Notes: generated by a model from the sequence alone, not told the origin. A stretch of 64,000 nt of DNA from Leucoraja ocellata (GCA_036785375.1 JAWMAR010000106.1:1240001-1304000), one strand, 5' to 3'; shown: positions 36,573 to 50,222, numbered from the stretch's first letter. Program-made: numbers and translations.

Positions 36573-37794
36573 CTAGTCATTTTATACTTTACGCTTCCAC
36601 CATATGCTGACACAGGACCTGCAAGCTCTCTCTGATCCTCCACATTTACAATATCTTACCAGCCTTCTCCAATGGTATAAAGCAAAGTGAAATATTCAAC
36701 ACTTTTGCTATGCCCATATTTTTTCATACACAACTTGGTGTCAAATGTCCCCAATAAAGCTGGAGGCCAGAGGCTAACAGGACACAAGGGGATACAAGGT
36801 CGCTACCTAGCAGCAGCAGCAGCAACTCTTCTTGTAGAAGAGTACAACTTACTGCTTGAATCTGCACACTAAACATCATAGAATTGATTGATTAGCTATG
36901 ATTGATTGATTGAAGGAATTGATTTATTGAAAGATGCAGCATGGAAACAGGTAATGGGCAAAATTGCCCACACCAGCCTGGAAACAAAGTAATGGGCAAA
37001 ATTAAAATGGAGGATGGTGGGACCAACATGTAATTACAATGTGATTAGAGATTCGCATTGATACAATCGTGAAGGTCTTTATGTGGCATTGGGTGGCACA
37101 GCTGATATAGTTGCTGTCTCACAGCGTCGGACACCGAGGTTCCATCCTGACCTCGGCTGCTGTTTCTGTGGAGTTTGCATGTTCTCCCTGTGATCGCATG
37201 AGTTTCCTCCCCCCATCCCAAAGGGGTGCGGGGGATGTAGGTTAATTGACCTCTATAATACGTGGATAGGATAGGTTTGGAGGATATGGATCAAACACAG
37301 GCAGGTGGAACTAGTGTAGCTGGGACATGTTGGCCGGTGTGGTCAAGTTGGGCCAACGCGCCTGTTTCCACACTGTATCACTCTATGACTCTAGAGGGAT
37401 AACATAGAACAAGTGTGAACGGGTGATCGATGGTGAACGTGGATCAGTGGGCCAAAGGACCTGTTTCCATGCTGCATCTTTCAATCAATCAATTCCTTCA
37501 ATCAATCAATTCTATGATGTTTAGTGTGCAGATTCATGCAGTAAGTTGTTGCTGCTGCTGCTAGGTAGCGACCTTGTACCCCCTTGTGTCCTGTTAGCCT
37601 CTGGCCTCCAGCTTTATAGGCATTTGACACCAAGGTGTGTATGAAAAAATATGGGCATAGCAAAATTGTTGAATATTTCACTTTGCTTTATACCATTGGA
37701 GAAGGCTGGTAAGATATTGTAAATGTGGAGGGCAGAGAGAGCTTGCAGGTGCTGTGTCAGCATATGGTGGAAGCGTAAAGTATAAAATGACTAG
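36573..37794. repeat. Long inverted duplication (arms 36573-36952 and 37459-37794)
   Basis: The arms are reverse complements with a few substitutions and small indels. The spacer is about 500 bp and contains a SINE. Confidence 0.95.
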
Positions 37795-39863
37795 TGTTGC
37801 GACGTTTCTGATCTGGAGAGATTCTGGTCAAACAACAGGTCAGCACACTGGGGAATTATTGGTTGCCTTGTAAGGTCATTGAATTTGGTGCTGTGATCAT
37901 CTTACGGGAGGTCACGTTAAAACCTCAGCAGCCATCAAGGGGAAAGGGAGAAACCAAGACGAAGGAGTTTAAATCACAATTTAGTTCTAATTAGAGTTTT
38001 GTTTAGGGATACAGTGTGGAATTATGCCCTTTGGCCCAGTGAGCCTGTGCTGACCAGCGATCACCTGTACTCCAGTTCTACCCCACGCACTAGGGACAAT
38101 TAACCTGCATGTTTTTGGGAAGTGGGAGGAAACCGGAGCACCCGGAGAAAACCCATTGGATTGGGGTTTTTGTACAGGGATAGCCGTGCGGATCTGTGTA
38201 CACCGTATCTGGTACACCTGACAATAAAGAAACCATTGATCACCATTGCCCATTGGTGGCATGGAAATGGTTCCATTGGCCCACAAGTCTCTACCAGCCG
38301 TCCAGCACCTATTGACACCAGTCCCTTTTTATTCCCAAGCCTCTGCCAGCCCAGATTCCACCACTCACCGACACACAAAGGACAGTTTATAGCTGCCAAT
38401 GAATCTGCCAGCCCACACATCTCGGGTGTGGGAGGAAACTCCCAGCCTTGTGTGCTTCATAGAGTTTGTACACAGGGAAAGTGTGGAAACTCCAGCCAGC
38501 ATCAGGGGCCAGGATTGAACCTGGAACTGCAAGGGAGCTGCTAACTGGCAGCAGCTTTACTGGCAGCTGCACCATGATGCCACCATGCATCGGTGCATTC
38601 TAGGGCTGCACCCTGGGGATGTACTGCAGCCCGAGTCCTCATCACCATTCACAGACTGCTTGGCTTGGCACAAAGGGTCAGCCCAGCTTGTCCACTACAT
38701 CAGCTTAGGGCAGGCAATGAGTTTGGGCAGTGGACTGGCTGGGTGCGGTCAGCTGGCTTTTATTGGAGCAAGCACATGCACAAGTGGGTGAAGGAAAGTG
38801 GATAAATATTGCAACCGCCCAGGCCTTTAAAGATCTTGACCCAAATTTGACCTTCCACCTTGGCCCGCTGGAGCAAGGGCGGCACGGTGACGCAGCGGTA
38901 GAACCACTACCTCACAGCGCCAGAGACCCGGGTTCGATCCTGGCTACGGGTGCTGTCTGTACGGAGTTTGTACGTTCTCCCTGTGACCACGTGGGTTTTC
39001 TCCGGGTGCTCCGGTTTCCTCCCACACATCTGATTAGCTGATGTATTAGGGCTTTCCTGAGGGAATAGGACCTTCTCTTCAACAGAGATGCTATCTGCTC
39101 CTCTGATGCATGTGAGACACTAATGATCTAAGAAGTGTGACCAGCCAGGCTGGACAGACCAGGAGGTAAAAGACCAAAGTGGTGTAGATGGGGATAAATG
39201 AGGTCCAAGGAAATTGCAGTGGCTCTTTCTTGGTTTTCCAAAGAGCAGTCGTCTATCTGTAGGGCCGGCGAGATGTGTGATTATCAAAGCGATGTTATCA
39301 AGACCTTCTTGGTGTCAGTGTGGGGAACTATCCCGGTATGGTCAAGAACAGGTCTCGTGAGAGTTTCATTCTCTCTCTCGGGAGGGAGGGCTAATGCAGT
39401 TTCACTGCAGGGACATTTCTAATGGTTGAGAAAGTTGTCCTTTAGATTTTTAGTTTAGAGATGCAGCACGGAAACATGCACTTTGGCCCAGCGTCTCCGT
39501 GCCAACCAGCACATTAACGGGGGACCCGGCTTGTGGGGTGTTGCGAGAACAAAGGGGGACCATTGGGGGCTAAACGGAATATTTGTGGCTTTGTGGGCGC
39601 CCAATACCTGGTGACCTTGGGTATGGGAAACAAAGAATCTTACTGTCACATGTCACGTGATAACAAAGGGACATTCATTCACACTAACACTAGCCCACAC
39701 ACACTAGGGAAAACTAGAACGTACAAACTCCGTACAGACAGCACCCGCAGTCAGGATTGAACCTGGGTCTCTGACGCTGTGAGGCAGCAACTCTACCGCT
39801 GTGCCACCGTTGCACACATCTACAGTAGCCTGCTCACCTTCATGGTTTTGATTTCTCTTGCAG

Positions 39864-39946
39864 GACAACAGCAGCAGGATGTTCCCCAATACAGGTTCCG
39901 AAAACGAGACAAAGTCATGTTCTACGGGCGCAAGATCATGAGAAAG
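39864..39946 (+). CDS. PNPLA7: PNPLA7 exon
   Basis: ttgcag| [27 protein letters not shown] |gtaatg. NTE/PNPLA6-7 signature. Confidence 0.97.
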
Positions 39947-39974
39947 GTAATGTGGTGTACACTTCAAACAACAT

Positions 39975-40383
39975 GCACACTCACCTACCTGTCTGTGCAC
40001 ACTCACCTACCTGCCTGTCCACACTCATCTACCTGTCTGTGCACACTTATCTACCTGCATGTGCACACTCATCTACCTGTCTGTCCACACTCATCTACCT
40101 GTCTGTACACACTCATCTACCTGTCTGTCCACACTCATCTACCTGTCTGGGCACACTCACCTACCTGTCTGGGCACACTCACCTACCTGTCTGTGCACAC
40201 TCACCTACCTGGGCACACTCATCTACCTGTCTGTCCACACTCATCTACCTGCCTGTACACACTCATCTACCTGTCTGTCCACACTCATCTACCTGTCTGT
40301 ACACACTCATCTACCTGCCTGTACACACTCATCTACCTGTCTGTACACACTCACCTACCTGCCTGTCCACACTCATCTACCTG
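39975..40383 (+). repeat. 22-bp minisatellite (CACACTCATCTACCTGTCTGTN), about 18 copies
   Basis: Directly visible. It generates repetitive ORFs in all three + frames. Confidence 0.95.
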
Positions 40384-40430
40384 CGTACTTATTTGATTTC
40401 CCATCACTTTGGGCAACACAGCGGTAGATA

Positions 40431-40465
40431 AGTCTGAAGAAGGGTCTCGACCCGAAACGTCACCC
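40431..40465 (+). ncRNA. Minimal type I hammerhead ribozyme motif in a Penelope-derived repeat
   Basis: CTGAAGA-A-GGGT(CTCG)ACCC-GAAA-CG-TC: catalytic core boxes, stem II hairpin, palindromic ACGT stem III. Predicted cleavage after C40461. Stem I is weak. A second near-intact copy lies at 47497-47524. Confidence 0.6.
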
Positions 40466-41424
40466 ATTCCTTCTCTCCAGAGATGCTGCCAGTCCCGCTG
40501 AGTTACTCCAGCATTTTGAGTCCACCAGTGGTAGATTTGCTGCCTTACAGCGCCAGAGACTGGTTCGATCCTGACTGCGGGTGCTGTCTGCATGGAGTTT
40601 GCACGTTCTCCCTGTGATGCGTGGGTTTTCCCCGGGTGCTCTGGTTTTCTCCCACACTCCAAGACTTACGGGTTTGTATGTTAATTGGCTTTACAAAAAT
40701 TGTAAATTGTCCCCAGGGTGTGTAGGATAGTGTTAATGTGCGGGGATCACTGGTCGGTGCGGGCCAGGTAGGCTGAAGGGCCTGTTTCCGCGCTGTGTCT
40801 CCAAACTAAAACCAAACGTGAATGTTAATATTTCTCTTTATCGTGCTTCTACGAGGTCTATTCCGTCACTGCTCCCTCTCCTATTGTGATGTTGCTGTGC
40901 ACAGGGTTGGGACAGATATTTCCTGTTTATGTGCAGGAAGGAACTGCAGATGCTGGTTTACACTGAAGGCAGATGCAAAATGCCGGAGTAACTCAGTGGG
41001 ACAGGCAACATCTCTGTTTCGGGTCTGAAGAAGAGTCTTAACCCGAAACGTCGTCCATTCCTTCTCTCCAGAGATGCTGCCTGTCCCACAGAGTTACTAC
41101 AACATTTTGTGTCTATGTTCTGTTTATGTATTGTGTGTGTAGTGTTTCAGTTTCTGTTTAGTTTATTCACTTGTTGTCACGTGTAGGAACAGTGAAAAGC
41201 TTTTGTTGCGTGGCAACCAGTCAGCGGAAAGACAATATGGGATTACAATCGAGCTGTTTATAGTGTATAGATACAAGTTCAAGTTCACATTTGTTGTCAC
41301 GTGCACCAATTAAGGTACTGTGATATTTGAGTTATCATGCAGCCATACAAATAAAAAGAACACAGTACGCAATAGAATTTACCATAAACATCCACCACAG
41401 TGGAATCAGCTTTCTTTCTTCACC

Positions 41425-42232
41425 TAGAGTGTCGGCGCTGTTAACAGCTGCGGCTCGCCTGCAGTCCGTCTGTCTTTACTTTTTTCTGTTGTTTTTTTTT
41501 GTCTTGTTTTGGTTAAGTTTTAGTTTGTTGGGTTGTGTTGGGGGGGGGGGGGGGGGGAGAACATGTTCTCTGTCTTCCTTCGGGGGAATGCGACTTTTTC
41601 GTGTCGTATCCACCTTCTCTGCCTCCGTCTGCGCTGAGGCCTAATGGTGGAGCTGGCGGCCTCCAACCTGCGACTGACCCCGAGGCTCCAGAGGCAGAGC
41701 CAGCCAGGACTCACCAACGAGAGGCTGAGACTGTGGGAACCGGAGCTGGGGCAGCAGCTGCCCGGAGTTGGGGCGGTGGCCCGGAGCGGAGACTGCGGGA
41801 CCCGGAGCTGGGGCGGCTGATGCTGTGGCTGCCCGGAGCGGAGACTGCGGGACCCGGAGCTGGGGCAGCGGCCTGGAGCTGGGGCGGCTGCCCGGAGCTG
41901 ATGCTGTGGCGGGCCGTCTCGTAGCGGAGACGGCGTTCCGGCTTTCGGCGGCGGTGACATCACCACGGAGGTCCGCTGGACTGGAGGGCGGCATCTCCGG
42001 CCTGGATCGATCGCCTCAGCGCAGAGGGAGAACAAGGAGGGAAGAGACAGAGACTAAGACTTTGCCCCCATCACAGTGAGGATCTGCTTGGTGAACTCAC
42101 TGTGGTGGATGTTTAATTTGTGTTTATTGTATGTTTTGTTTTTATTGGTTCTGTGTATGACTGCAGGCAACATCATTTTGTTCAGACCGAAAGGTCTACA
42201 TGACAATAAAGGAATCTAATCTAATCTAATCT
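41425..42232 (+). mobile_element. GC-rich non-autonomous retroelement with internal tandem repeats and (CTAAT)n tail
   Basis: Repeated CCCGGAGC(GGAGACTGCGGGA)CCCGGAGCTGGGG. The 3' end is TGACAATAAAGG(AATCT)n. Related 3' fragment at about 3968-4122 and 5' fragment (minus) at about 58030-58160. Confidence 0.65.
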
Positions 42233-43469
42233 GTGATGGAAGGCAATAAAGTTCAGTCATTTTAAGGGAATAACGTTTAGTGCAAAGTTATGCCAGCAAA
42301 GTCTGATCAAGGATAATCCGAGGGCCACCAATGAGGTAGATCGTAGTTCAGGACTGCTTCAGAGGTGTTCAGGGTGTAGCGCGTACATATACACATACAT
42401 GGGCTGGATGCCCATTTCATGCCCGAGGGAATGCTTTACATAAGTAAAAGCAGCAAAATGGGGCCATTTGGCCCATCAAGTCTACTCCTACTCGTGAGGA
42501 ATACAGAGATTTGCTCCACTGTCAGTGGGAAGTCCCTTAAAGCTTAAAGTAGGTGTGTAAAATGAATAATATTCACACAAAATGCTGGAGTAACTCAGCG
42601 GGGCAGGCAATATCTCTGGAGAGAAGGAATGGGTGATGTTTCGGGACAAGACCCAAAACGTCACCCATTCCTTCTCTTCACAGATGCTGCCTGTCCCGCT
42701 GAGTTACTCCAGCATTTTGTGTCTATCTTCGGTTTAACCCAGCATCTGCAGTTCCTTCCTCCACCATATTATTCATGGCATCTGCGCACCAGTTCAATAA
42801 TACCAGGAGGTGGCGCTGGATCCTCACAAATGAGCGCTAGGTTCAGTGTAATATGATGGAACAAAATCTGTGGACAGATGACAGATACACATTGAATCAT
42901 TGATACAATGATATAAGGCGCTGGGCAGGCCGCATTTGGAGTATTGTGAGCAGTTTTGCGCCCCGTATCTGAGGAAGGATGTGCTGGTTCTGGAGAGGGT
43001 CCAGAGGAGGTTTACGAGAATGATCCCAAGAATGAGTAGGTTAACATACGATGAGCATTTGACAGCACTGGGCCTGTACTCACTGGTGTTTAGAAAGATG
43101 AAGGGGTCCTCATTGAAACTTAGCGAATATCCCACTGGGTCCCACCGGCCCACCCCTTGATTCAATCATGGCTGATCTATCTTTGCAACTCAACCCCATT
43201 CTCCTGCCTTCTCAGCATAACCCCTGACACCCGTACTAATCAAGAATCTATCCGTCTCCGGCTTAAAAATATCCACTGATGGCCCCCACAGTGTATTGTG
43301 GCAATGAATTCCACAGATTCACCACCCTGTGTCTCAAGATATTCCTCATCTCCTTTCTAAAGGGACGTCCTTTTATTCTGAGGCTGTGCCCTCTGGTCCG
43401 TGACTCTCTGACTAGTGGATGCATCCTCTCCACATCCACTCTATCCGGGCCAAAGACCTAATCAAGGAT

Positions 43470-44042
43470 CAGACTCTGCCCGGTCACTCTCCCAGTAGGC
43501 AATAGGGACAGAGGTGTGAAAACACACACCTCCAGATTCAGGGCCAGTTTCTACCTATTCTTCCTATGGAGAGAAGGCAGGAGAATGGGGTTGAAAGATA
43601 GATCAGCCATGATTGAATGGTGGAGTAGACTTGATGGCTGAATAGCCTAATTCTGCTCTTGAATGTATGACCTTATGAACAGTTATCAGCCCAGATCCTC
43701 CAAACAGACCATCCTGGCCACTCCCTCTGCCCCCCTATCCCATCAGGCAAGAGGTACCGAAGTGTGAAAACGCACACCTCCAGATTCAGGGACAGTTTCT
43801 TCCCAGCTGCTATCAGGCAACTGAACCATCCTACCACAACCAGAGAGCAGTCCTGAGGTCCTGAGCTACTACCTACCTCATTGGTGGCCCTTGGACAATC
43901 TTTAATCAGCCTTTATCTTGCACTAATAGTTCTTTTCTTTGTCCTGTATCTGTCCACTGTGGACGGCTCGACTGTAATCATGTATGATCTGGTTAGCAGG
44001 CAACACTGTACCTCGCTACACGTGACACTAAACTAAACTACA
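43470..44042 (+). mobile_element. L2/Rex-type LINE 3' fragments with nested CR1 tail
   Basis: Duplicated TGTGAAAAC.CACACCTCCAGATTCAGGG.CAGTTTCT, ending CGTGACACTAAACTAAACTA. Similar 3' UTR at about 62125-62365. Confidence 0.55.
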
Positions 44043-44046
44043 AGTT

Positions 44047-44192
44047 CCTGATGGAGCCGCCTCACCTGGCCTAGGCACCACATTTTCGGGGGGGGCTTCC
44101 ATTGAGGGGGGCTTCGAGTGCGCTCTGGTAACTTTGTCTGGAGTAATGGTGGCATCGGACCACCAGTTGCTGGATAGTCGCTGGTTGACCCG
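44047..44192 (-). mobile_element. Partial copy of the TA-flanked MITE family seen at 63294-63725
   Basis: Reverse complement CCAGCAACTGGTGGTCCG...TTACCAGAGCGCACT matches the 5' part of the 63294 element. It ends at TA 44193-44194. Confidence 0.65.
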
Positions 44193-44282
44193 TATGAGGG
44201 TTGGATGTTTTGAGCTGTAGTGTTGCACTTAGTGCAGTGTGCTCCAGCCGTGGTCAACATCATGCATCCCTTTATATTGCAG

Positions 44283-44371
44283 GTGAAGCTGTCCACTTCG
44301 TCCCTGGTTGGGAACAACGTGCCTAGGCAGAGGTTCAGGAAGAGGCAGAAGGTACTGAACCTGGCTAGAAG
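44283..44371 (+). CDS. PNPLA7: PNPLA7 exon
   Basis: ttgcag| VKLSTSSLVGNNVPRQRFRKRQKVLNLARR |gtacac. Phase 0 to 2. Confidence 0.93.
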
Positions 44372-47300
44372 GTACACAGTGTCAATTGTTTCAGTATTAA
44401 TAGATGTCATGGGTATGTGTAGGAAGGAACTGCAGATGCTGGTTTAAACCGAAGATAGACACAAAATGCTGGAGTAACTCAGTGGGACAGGCAGCATCAC
44501 TGGAGAGAAGGAATGGGTGACGTTTCATGTCGAGACTTCCATTACTTTGTCCTAAACACCATCTACATCGCTTGTTCCCCTCTCCCCTGACTCGCAGTCT
44601 GAGGAAGGGTCTCGACCCAAAATGTCACCAATTCTTTCTCTCCAGAGATGCTGCCTGTCCCGCTATCTGAGTTACTCCAGCTTTTTGTGTCTATCTTCGA
44701 TGTCATGGGAATAATGGATGTCGGGGGTTATGGGGAGAAGGCAGGAGAATGGGATTAGGAGGGAGAGGTAGATCAGCCATGATTGAATGGCGGAGCAGAC
44801 GTGATGGGCTGAAAGGCCTTATTCTACTCCGAGAACGTATGACCTTAAGAACAGTTATCAGGTAACTGAACCATTCTATTACCAGATATTACACCCCAGC
44901 GGTATGAACATTATCCAATTTCAGGTAGTCCTTGCTTTCTCCCTCCTTCCCCTCCCCTTCCCGGCTCTCCCACAGCCCACTGTCCCCACCTCTTCCTTTC
45001 TTCTTCCTCCCCCCCATCCCCACATCAGTCTGAAGAAGAGTCTCGATCCGAAACATCACCTATTCCTTCGCTCCATAGATGCTGCCTCACCCACTGAGTT
45101 TCTGAAACTTTTTTGTCTACCGTTGATTTTTCCAGCATCTGCAGTTCTTTCTTAAATATTACCAGCTAGAAGCAGTCCAGAAGTACTATCTACCTCATTG
45201 GAGACCCTCGGACTATCTTTAATCGGGAATTACTAGACTAATCTGTTCCTATAACTTATGAACATCTGTCTCCGTTTAGAAGGGAGGACAGAAATAGTTG
45301 ATTCCTGCAGTGTATTTGTCCCGATGATGTCTTGTCTTCCAGTCTGTCACCAGCACCACTTCTGCAGCTGATTAATAAATAAATTAGCTAATTCTCGATT
45401 TAAAACGCCTGTTCTCACACTGTCACCCATTCCTTCTCTCCAGGGATGACGCCTGTCAGCTGAGTTACTCCAGCATTTTGTGTCTATCTTTTAAAAATTG
45501 ACTAATTTCCCAGAGTTGGGGAATCCAGAGGATATAGGCTTAAGGTGAGGGGGAAAATAGGAATCTGAGGGGTAACCTTTTCACACAAAAAGGTGGTGGG
45601 CGTATGGAACGAGCTGCCAGAGGAGGTAGTTGAGGCTGAGACTAAGAACCGTTTAGGAAACAGTTAGACAGGTGCATGGATAGGACAGATTTAGATGGAG
45701 ATGGGCCTTTTGCAGGCAGGTGGGACTAGTGTAGATGGGGCATGTTGGCCGGTGTGGGCAAGTTGGGCCAAACGGACTGTTTCCACGCTGTATCACTCTG
45801 TGGCCCTAATTGGAAATGAAAACTGGAAATACTGGCACTACTCAGTAGGTCAGACGAGCTGTGGGGAGAGAAATGATTCTGATGAAAGGTCCTTGACTTG
45901 AAACATTGCCTTTACTTTGCTCTCTGCTGATGCTACCTGGTTTAAGTATTTGCAGTAATTTCCCTTCCTGAGTTCACCCTCGGTCCAATTTGGTTCGTGG
46001 ACCAGAGGAAGCTGTTTCAATGCCTTGATGTACTGGAGTTTAGAAGGATGAGGGGAGATCTTATAGAAACATATACAATTATAAAAGGACTGGACAAGCT
46101 AGATGCAGGAAAAATGTTCCCAATGTTGGGCAAGTCCAGAACCAGGGGGCACACACAGTCTTAGAATAAAGGGGAGGCCATTTAAGACTGAGGTGAGAAA
46201 AAACTTTTTCACCCAGAGAGTTGTGAATTTGTGGAATTCCCTGCCACAGAGGGCAGTGGAGGCCAAGTCACTGGATGGATTTAAGATTTAGATAGAGCTC
46301 TAGGGGTTAGTGGAATCAAGGGATATGGGGAGAAGGCAGGCACGGGTTTTGATTGGGGACGATCAGCCATGATCACAATGAATGCGGTGCTGGCTCGAAG
46401 TGCCGAATGGCCTCCTCCTGCACTTATTTTCTATATTTCTATGTTTGTGCTGCTATCCTAGTGTAGATGGGACGTGGGCAAGATGGGCCGAAGGGCCTGT
46501 TTCCATGCTGTAAGACTCTGACTGACAGCCAAGGGTTGTAATAAGCTATTTGGCAGCTGGAGTCTAATGAGCACCCGGGTGAGGTTCCCAGCTGTGAACA
46601 ATCTCAAATAACAATTTGACTGAGGGATCCAATGTAATGTTTCCGCATTTTATTTGTTGTTCCCAAATGAGTTGTGATTCAGAATACTGAGGAGGATGTA
46701 AAGGGGCTTCAAGAGGATGTAGACACGTGAGTGGGTGGGCGGGAATGTGAAGGCTAGAATATGGAGTGGACAAGAGTGGGGCCACTAACGTTTCACAGGT
46801 TGAGGATCAAAGCCACTTGCAATTCCCTGCATATAACGAGTGCTTGAATGCACGGGGCCTGTACTCGCTGCAGTTTAGAAGGTTGAGGGGGGGGGGACCT
46901 CATTGAAACGTACCGAATAATGAAAGGCATGGATAGAGTGGACATGGAGAGGATGTTTCCACTGGTGGGAGAGTCTAGGACCAGAGGTGTGTCCCTCCAG
47001 CAGTTTGTTTATTGTGTAGGAAGGATTTACACTGAAGATACTCATAAAATGCTGGAGTAACACAGCGGGTCAGACAGCGTCTCTGGAGAGAAGGAATGGG
47101 TGACAAAGAAGGGTCTTGACCCGAAACGTCACCCATTCCTTCTCTCCAGAGATGCTGCCTGTCCCGCTGAGTTACTCCAGCTTTTTGTGTCTATCTTCAC
47201 AGTTTGTTTATTGATCCCGATCCCAGTATTTCTGTTCTTGTTTCTATTGTTGAGATTATATTATTTTATTCCTCTGGTCCTCAAATGGCGTTACCTCAAA

Positions 47301-47723
47301 ATTAGCCAGTGACCCTTTTTAATAAAATAGCCTCAAATGCACTCATTTAGGTCAGAATTGTGAACAGTGTGTTAGAACAGAGCACACTGGCTGTGAATGT
47401 GTGTAAATCCAAGGGGCCTTAATGTGCCAAGAGTTTCTGCACTGAATGTAGGAACACATTAAGAGTTAATGATGTTAACTGTTGCATTGATTAAGTCTGA
47501 AGAAGGGTGTTGACCCGAAACGTCACCTATTCCTTCGCTCCATAGATGTTGCCTCACCCGCTGAGTTTCTCCAGCATCTTGTCTACCAAGTGTTGTATTG
47601 ATGTTCCGTTTACTCAACCCATAATCATGGTGCAGAAACAGTACCCCATCAAACCTAAAGCAAAATAAGTAAGGACATGTGTGTTTAACTGGAGTGTTTA
47701 CAAGGTTGACTTGTTCTCTGTAG

Positions 47724-47864
47724 GATACTGCGGCTGAAGAAGGAGCCTCCAATACTGCAGCCAAAGGAGCCGCCCTCGTCACTTCTCGAGGCTGATCTGA
47801 CTGAGTTTGATGTGAAAAATTGCCACTTGCCCTCCGAGGTTCTTTACATGCTCAAGAACGTGAG
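47724..47864 (+). CDS. PNPLA7: PNPLA7 exon
   Basis: ctgtag| [47 protein letters not shown] |gtaatg. Confidence 0.97.
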
Positions 47865-48017
47865 GTAATGGACAGGGAACTCGAGAACCTCAAGTCCACC
47901 AGGTCTTGGGATTAATATTTGTTTCATTATCAGCTGTTTGACGTACCGTTACAATTTGTGACTGATTCTCCCAATGCAGCACCTTGTCTCCTTCGTCACT
48001 AACATTGGTGATAACAA

Positions 48018-48887
48018 GGGCGGCACGGTGGCATAGCGGTAGAGTTGCTGCCTTACAGTGCTTGCAGCGCCAGAGACCCGGGTTCAATTCCGACCAGGGC
48101 GCTGTTGGTACAGAGTTTGTACGTTCTCCTCGTGACCGCGTGGGTTTTCACCGAGATCTCCGTTTGCCTCCCACACTCCAAAGGCGTACAGATTTGTAGG
48201 TGAATTGGCTTGGTACAAATGCTTAGTGTGTGTAGGATAGTGTTAACGTGCGGGGATCGCTGGTTGGCGCGGACTCGGGGCGAAGGGCCTGTTTCCGCGC
48301 TGTATCTCTAAACTAAACTAGTTTCATCAGATGGGAGCAAAGCACAAAGTGAAATGAACGTTGGACTGCTTTACTGTCAGCCAAGACCTCTTCCTTCCAA
48401 ATACAGCCTATCCTCATTATTGCAGACGTCTTTATTACAGATTTTCGTTATAATGGACAGACGGTGTATTCAGTAATCAGATACCACTGTCTCTTTAAGA
48501 ACACAGGCCGCTAATCACATTGCGGGAAGCCATTGAAATTGACAAGCAATTGCTTCGATCGACACTGGTGCCACGATACACTTTAGTTTAGTTTAGAGAT
48601 ACAGCGCAAAACGGGCCCTTCGGCCCTGCGAGTCCGTGCCAACCCGCGATCACCCCGTACACTAGCAATATTCTACACACTAAGAACAATTTACAATTAT
48701 TTTTTACCAAAGCCAATTAACCTGCAAACCTGTACGACTTTGGATGTGGGAGGAAACCGGAGCACCCGGAGAAAACCTACGCGGTCACAGGGAGAACGTA
48801 CAAACTCCGTACAGACAGCACCCGTAATCTGGATCGAACCCGGGTCTCTGGCGCTGTGAGGCAGCAACTCTACCGCTGTGCCACCCT
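48018..48887. mobile_element. Convergent pair of HE1/V-SINEs (48018-48320 +, 48582-48887 -)
   Basis: Both have the tRNA head, V-domain and (CTAAA)n tail. Confidence 0.88.
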
Positions 48888-50062
48888 GTGTGATCTGACT
48901 TGGAATATTTAACACTGTGCTCATGTTATAAAGCTTATTTATGATTTATGGAGCCATAACTGTGGAATTGCTTAACTCTGATGGATATTTGATATTAACC
49001 AAGGCAATGGAGACTCCTGGAGATAGAAATAATCTAGCTTTACTTTATCCAAGGCAGCTTTTTACAGAATGACAATTCACAGAAGTTTAGAATACTAACA
49101 TTTGGCACAGCAATATCAACAAGATATTATGCTGTCAGTAATGGTTCTAGCTCGTGCTACTCAGCCAGTTGTCGGCACAAGAGCTGGTCAGAGGACTAAC
49201 CAGCCCATGAGACTAGTGCCCCTTCTCAATGCATCCACCTCTGGGATCTCCTGCCTATACTGTGCCATCCACAAAACCAAGGCTCTAGGTTACCCCACTT
49301 TCACATCCTACACACTAGGGGCCGTTTACAGAAGCTAATTAACCTGCACCCTGAGGGGCCAGTTTCTGAGCTGTATCTCTACAACTAAACTTAAATGTCA
49401 ATCTGCCTTTCTTGACAGGGTCTGAAGAAGGGTTTCGACCCGAAACATCACCTATTTCCTTCGCTCCATAGATGCTGCTGCACCCGCTGAGTTTCTCCAG
49501 CATTTTTGTCTACCGTCGATTTTTCAGCATCTGCAGTTCCTTCTTAAACATCTGCCTTTCTATATTATTTTGCACAGATATCAACGGAGCTGATATTCAT
49601 TGATAGTATAGAGACAGTGCTGGAGTAACTCAGCGGTTTAGACAGCATCTCGAGAAAGAAGAAGGGTCCTGACCCAAAACATCACCCATCCTTTTTTCTC
49701 CAGAAATGCTGCCTGACCCGCTGAGTTATTCCAGCACTTTGTGTCTATCTGTGGTATAAACTTGCATGCTGCAGTTCTTTGAAGACAGACACAAAATGCT
49801 GGAATAACAGCAGGACAAACAGCATCTCTGAAGAGAAGGAATGGGTGACCCTTCATCTGAAGCAATGTCTCGATCCAAAACGTCACCCGTTCCTTCTCTC
49901 CAGACATGCTGCCTGACCCGCTGAGTTACTCCAGCATCTTGTGTCTATATTCGATGTAAACAGCATCTGCAGTTCCTTCCTACACATTTCATTTGCAGTT
50001 CTTTGGTTTTGCATTGATAGTATCTGGTGCGGTGCTAAATGTGTTGTCATTTGTGCTTTCAG

Positions 50063-50222
50063 GGTCTTGGGACACTTTGAGAAGCCACTGTTCCTGGAGC
50101 TGTGTAAACACATGTTCTTCGTACAGGTTCACGAAGGGGAGTACATCTTCCGTCCGGGCGAACTGGATGACAGCATCTATGTGGTCCAGGAAGGGAGGCT
50201 GGAACTCTGCATCAATGAGAAT
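50063..50222 (+). CDS. PNPLA7: PNPLA7 exon (cNMP-binding domain 1)
   Basis: ttcag| [53 protein letters not shown] |gtaagg. Confidence 0.97.

Noticed and set aside
41520-42079. Overlapping 100-170-aa ORFs on both strands
   Set aside because: They arise from GC-rich internal tandem repeats of a non-autonomous element.
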